Virus record (IMG/VR): IMGVR_UViG_2684623188_000002
Reading direction: 5' to 3' (one strand)
DNA from: an uncultured virus (IMG/VR IMGVR_UViG_2684623188_000002)
Lineage: Duplodnaviria; Heunggongvirae; Uroviricota; Caudoviricetes
Length of the DNA: 20,000 bases
In this document: piece by piece, positions 16,643 to 20,000 of the stretch
Position numbering within the stretch: position 1 is the stretch's first letter
Layout: every line of letters starts with the position of its first letter
Position numbers and translations under genes: made by a program
Notes under the pieces: model-generated
Database searches by the model: none
The model's input: the letters and a program-made list of their open reading frames with translations, nothing else
Told to the model about the DNA's origin: nothing

Positions 16643-16909
16643 ATGCCTGAAGAAAACGTACTGAAGTGCTATGCCGTCGGCGATTGCGATTTTGTCGCCG
16701 CCTACGACGAAGCCGGCTCCATTGCTGTACTGGCAAACACGAACGGTGATGAGCCGATCAACTATGCAGCTTGGGACGTTGAACTGGTCAGCGAGGAAGA
16801 GCTCGACAAGCCGTGGTGCAATGAAGATGACCGCACCAAGATCATTGGCAACCTGCGTGAGTGGCTGGCAGCAGCAACCGAACCAACCTGGCTTGCCGGG
16901 ACGGAGTGA
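16643..16909 (+). CDS. Acidic phage hypothetical protein
   Basis: AAGGA RBS; 88 aa. Confidence 0.75.
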   Translation: MPEENVLKCYAVGDCDFVAAYDEAGSIAVLANTNGDEPINYAAWDVELVSEEELDKPWCNEDDRTKIIGNLREWLAAATEPTWLAGTE

Positions 16910-16913
16910 CGAA

Positions 16914-17294
16914 ATGAAAACATTGTCTATCCGCCAGCCCTGGGCTTGGATGATCATCCACGGCGGCAAGGACGTCGAGAACCGAAGCTGGCACACGAAG
17001 TACCGGGGCAGGCTCTTGGTGCACGCGGCCAAGGGTATGATCCAGCAGGAGTACGCCGACGCAGCGGTTTTTGCTGACCTTGAGTGCGGCGTAAAGATCC
17101 CTCCATTCAACGAGCTACAGCGCGGCGGCATCATCGGCTCAGTTGAGCTGGTGGACAGCGTGGGCAATTGTCTTTCCCCTTGGTATATGGGGTCGGTGGG
17201 GTTCCTTCTGCGCGACCCGAAGCCTTTACCGTTCGTGCGGCTGAAAGGTCAGCTCAACTTCTTCGAAGTTCCTGACGAACTGGTGACGCCATGA
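16914..17294 (+). CDS. ASCH domain protein
   Basis: MKTLSIRQPWAWMIIHGGKDVENRSW..YRGRLLVHA (GxKxxExR) and GGIIGSVELVD; GGAG RBS. Confidence 0.92.
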   Translation: MKTLSIRQPWAWMIIHGGKDVENRSWHTKYRGRLLVHAAKGMIQQEYADAAVFADLECGVKIPPFNELQRGGIIGSVELVDSVGNCLSPWYMGSVGFLLRDPKPLPFVRLKGQLNFFEVPDELVTP

Positions 17295-17341
17295 TCGCCC
17301 TCGCCTATATGGCCTGGCTCATCTACACGGGGCCACGATGA
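17291..17341 (+). CDS. 16-aa hydrophobic coupling micro-ORF
   Basis: MIALAYMAWLIYTGPR*; ATGA overlap with both the ASCH stop and the next start. Confidence 0.4.
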   Translation: MIALAYMAWLIYTGPR

Positions 17342-17586
17342 TGAATACCTACCGGCACACCTTCGCAGCCGTCTGCCCGTCAGATGGTGAATTGATCATC
17401 TACCGACTGGAAGTGCGCTCGCCAAAGATGATCTGGGTCGAACACATCAAGGCGGCTACAGCGATTATCAAAGAAGGCTGGCACGAACAGATCGCCGATC
17501 GTCTGGCTGAGGACATTGGCGGCGATCAAACCCTCATCGCCACGCACCAGGGCGTCGAGATCGAAACAGTGAGGCTCAGCGGATGA
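17338..17586 (+). CDS. QueF-L-like T-fold protein (minimal)
   Basis: FAAVCP..., WVE, WHEQIADRL, HQGVEIETVRLSG follow the QueF/QueF-L pattern CP...E...HE.hA..h...GVEh. Confidence 0.6.
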   Translation: MMNTYRHTFAAVCPSDGELIIYRLEVRSPKMIWVEHIKAATAIIKEGWHEQIADRLAEDIGGDQTLIATHQGVEIETVRLSG

Positions 17587-18329
17587 TTCATTACCACGGC
17601 TTGCCGATCACCCCAGAGACAGCGGCAGCCGCGGCAATCGGTGGCGGCCACGCCTTTGTGAGTTTTAGCGATCCTCGGCAACTCGCACTGGCGGCGCAGG
17701 TTTGCCAGTCGTTTGCCATCGACAACGGCGCGTTTTCTGCCTGGAAACAAGGAAAACCCATCACCGACTGGCAACCCTTCTACCGCTGGGCAGCGGACGC
17801 GAAGTTGATTCCAGCATGCGACTTCGCCGTGATACCCGACGTGATTGACGGTGACGAGAAGGCCAACGACGCATTACTCGAAGACTGGCCACTGCCTCGA
17901 TGGTTTGGCGCTCCGGTTTGGCACATGCATGAAAGCCTAGAACGACTAGAGCGTTTAGCCAGCGAATGGCCAAGAGTTTGCATCGGCAGCTCAGGCGATT
18001 ACTCGCAACCGGGCAGCGCCGCTTGGTGGGTTCAAATGGGAAAAGCCATGCGGGTAGTTTGCGACGATGACGGCCGTCCCATGTGCAAGCTTCACGGCTT
18101 ACGGATGCTTGACCCGGCAATCTTTGGCCACCTTCCGCTCTCCAGCGCCGACAGCACGAACATTGGCCGGAACATAGGCATCGATCAGGCTTGGCGCGGG
18201 ACGTACTCACCGCCGACCAAGGAGGCTCGAGCTTCCGTGATGCGCAGCCGCATCGAGTCGCACAATTCGCCACCACGCTGGACCTACAACATCCCTGAAG
18301 TCGCGCTAAGCCAAGGCGCACTGCTCTAA
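17583..18329 (+). CDS. TGT/DpdA-like guanine transglycosylase-family protein
   Basis: IDNGAFS, IPDVI, PVWH, IGSSG, LHGLRM, SADST occur in TGT-barrel order; ATGA-coupled to the QueF-L-like gene. Confidence 0.75.
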   Translation: MIHYHGLPITPETAAAAAIGGGHAFVSFSDPRQLALAAQVCQSFAIDNGAFSAWKQGKPITDWQPFYRWAADAKLIPACDFAVIPDVIDGDEKANDALLEDWPLPRWFGAPVWHMHESLERLERLASEWPRVCIGSSGDYSQPGSAAWWVQMGKAMRVVCDDDGRPMCKLHGLRMLDPAIFGHLPLSSADSTNIGRNIGIDQAWRGTYSPPTKEARASVMRSRIESHNSPPRWTYNIPEVALSQGALL

Positions 18330-18379
18330 CCCCTCTTCCACCTACCAGCCTGCCGGTGAACGGCGGGCGAGGAACACTC

Positions 18380-18550
18380 ATGCCCAAAGAACAGAAAGTC
18401 CAATGCACCCGCTGCCGAAACAAGCACCTGCACAGCGACCGCACAAGCATGCCGAATGCCACAATCAGCGGCATGCGTGACTTGGTCTGCCCGCGCTGCA
18501 ACTGCCGCAACTACTACAGCCTGGATGCCGACGGCAAACGCTCGGCGTAA
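18380..18550 (+). CDS. Small Zn-finger protein
   Basis: CTRC...CPRC; GAGGA RBS. Confidence 0.75.
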   Translation: MPKEQKVQCTRCRNKHLHSDRTSMPNATISGMRDLVCPRCNCRNYYSLDADGKRSA

Positions 18551-18624
18551 CCCTCCCCACCTTCTGCCGCCACGCGCGGCATGGAGAACCATTACCACCC
18601 CAAAACGGGGTAGAGGAAAACATC

Positions 18625-18966
18625 ATGGGTGCAGCAGAAAACCTTGCCCAGGAATACGAAGACAAAGTCCCCGAGGAAAAGATGGCCGAGCTACTCGGAA
18701 TCACAAAGCGCGCCCTTGAAGCGAAACGCGGTCGCGGACAGATCCCTCTTGGGGTCTGGAACAAGATCAACAGCCGGATTATTTACAGCAGACGGAAGTA
18801 TGACGAATGGCTCGAGAACCAATGGATTTACCCACCGGAGTGGAAATTTTCCGCAAATCACTCCGAATTCGCTTCACCTGGAACGGTGAGCGACGGAGCG
18901 AAACGCTCGCCTATCCCACGACGCAGAAAGGGATTAAAGCTGCATCCCAACTTAGAGATCAAGTAA
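18625..18966 (+). CDS. Excisionase-like winged-helix protein
   Basis: EEKMAELLGITKRALEAKRGRGQIP.G.W.K..RIIY....DEW pattern; immediately upstream of and overlapping int. Confidence 0.7.
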   Translation: MGAAENLAQEYEDKVPEEKMAELLGITKRALEAKRGRGQIPLGVWNKINSRIIYSRRKYDEWLENQWIYPPEWKFSANHSEFASPGTVSDGAKRSPIPRRRKGLKLHPNLEIK

Positions 18967-20000
18967 TTGGCTTGATCAAGTTAGGACTGATGGATGACGC
19001 GAAGTACGCCGAGCTTTTTCCTGGCTCAGTAGCATCCGCTGGAGGGGTAGTGTCTTTCGGGGAATACGCCCAGTTGTGGCTGGACGGGAGGGAGATCGAG
19101 GCAGGCACGCGCATCAACTACAAGGGCGCGCTTAACCTCTACTGGATGCCTTATCTGGCACTGACTAGGCTCGATATGATTACAACCATGAGCCTACGCC
19201 GGATCATCGGCGATATCGAATGGTTTTCACCGGACGTGAAGCGCAATGCGCTGGTGCGACTGCGGACGATTCTGGAGGCGGCAGTAAAAGAGGGGCTGAT
19301 CGCCAAAAATCCGGCTGAGCTGCTGGACGTGCCAAAGCGTAAGAAAAAGGAGCCCGACCCCTTCACCCTTGCCGAAGCCAATCTGATCGTTGATCACCTT
19401 TACCAGGTCGAACATTGGCCAAGCAGTATTTTTGCGGCGTTTTTCGAGTTCGCATTCTTCACCGGCTTGCGGTTACAAGAGGCGATTGCTCTTCGCTGGG
19501 ATGCTGTCGACATCCCGAACCGCCAGGTCCATATCTGCAGGGCCAGCGCTGAGCGGGAGATCAAAGAGCGCACAAAAACGAAGAAGGATCGTTTCGTTCT
19601 GCTCAATGAGCGAGCGTTACATGCGCTCGACTTCGCTCAAAAATATGCGGATCGCCGGCTAAAAGGTGCTGGTGCTCTTACAGAGCTGCCTTATGTCTTT
19701 CCTCCGTCCAAGATGAGCGAGTACATCAAACAAACCTCAGACCTACACCATCAGTGGCGCCCCGCCCTGGAAAAGCTGGGTATCCGCTACCGCCCGCCAT
19801 ATAACTGTCGTCATACGTATGCGACAATATGCATAATGTCTGGCATGAACCCCGCATTCATATCACAGCAGCTCGGCCATAGCGTGCAGATGTTGCTGTC
19901 GACCTATGCCCGCTGGATAAACTCAAGCTCCGATTGGAGCGAGCTGGAAAAACTGAAAATTGGTATCAAATCGGTATCAGCAGAACCCAGCCTCAGCTAA
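18807..20000 (+). CDS. int: Tyrosine recombinase phage integrase with Arm-binding domain
   Basis: PTGVE..LRIRFTWNGERRSE arm domain; catalytic TGLR, KTK, YNCRHT, LGHS, TYARW. Confidence 0.97.
   Translation: MAREPMDLPTGVEIFRKSLRIRFTWNGERRSETLAYPTTQKGIKAASQLRDQVIGLIKLGLMDDAKYAELFPGSVASAGGVVSFGEYAQLWLDGREIEAGTRINYKGALNLYWMPYLALTRLDMITTMSLRRIIGDIEWFSPDVKRNALVRLRTILEAAVKEGLIAKNPAELLDVPKRKKKEPDPFTLAEANLIVDHLYQVEHWPSSIFAAFFEFAFFTGLRLQEAIALRWDAVDIPNRQVHICRASAEREIKERTKTKKDRFVLLNERALHALDFAQKYADRRLKGAGALTELPYVFPPSKMSEYIKQTSDLHHQWRPALEKLGIRYRPPYNCRHTYATICIMSGMNPAFISQQLGHSVQMLLSTYARWINSSSDWSELEKLKIGIKSVSAEPSLS

Larger units (their letters stand above)
1..20000 (+). mobile_element. Lambdoid prophage, early (pL-like) operon through integrase
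   Basis: Co-oriented promoter/operators, RecT, YqaJ exonuclease, many small translationally coupled ORFs, xis-like gene and tyrosine integrase; antisense morons interspersed. Confidence 0.95.

Noticed and set aside
16671..16913. N-terminal extension of the ASCH ORF (207 aa)
   Set aside because: Overlaps the 16643-16909 gene; the domain and RBS begin at 16914
17761..18510. 249-aa minus-strand ORF and similar antisense ORFs (3564-4181, 11878-12474, 14986-15609, 16505-17167)
   Set aside because: Shadow ORFs opposite well-supported genes
1..20000. CRISPR array, retron/RT, IS element, att site
   Set aside because: No regularly spaced repeats, RT or transposase motifs seen; att is expected at or beyond the int 3' end and cannot be identified without its partner copy

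Overview
The window is the early/left arm of a lambdoid temperate prophage, probably from Pseudomonas (inferred from gene content and composition). On the + strand it runs: accessory genes in the immunity-region slot (partial DUF6932-like nucleotidyltransferase plus partner), a pL-like promoter with two operators, a ~600-nt structured leader with boxA, a LuxR-type HTH gene, small phage genes, RecT and a YqaJ exonuclease, a PAPS-reductase-family gene, an ASCH gene, a QueF-L-like/TGT(DpdA)-like gene pair, an excisionase-like gene and a tyrosine integrase ending at base 20000. Minus-strand morons are interleaved: a secreted protein, a VOC protein, a lipoprotein, an EVE/PUA-HNH nuclease, a Zn-ribbon protein and a HEPN-motif protein. 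Best candidates for new biology: (1) a minimal two-gene 7-deazaguanine modification cassette (QueF-L-like + TGT-like) with no preQ0 synthesis genes in the window; (2) a putative modification-dependent HNH nuclease directly beside the remnant of a cytosine methyltransferase; (3) candidate defence genes and large structured RNAs. All family assignments come from motif recognition by eye, not database searches.
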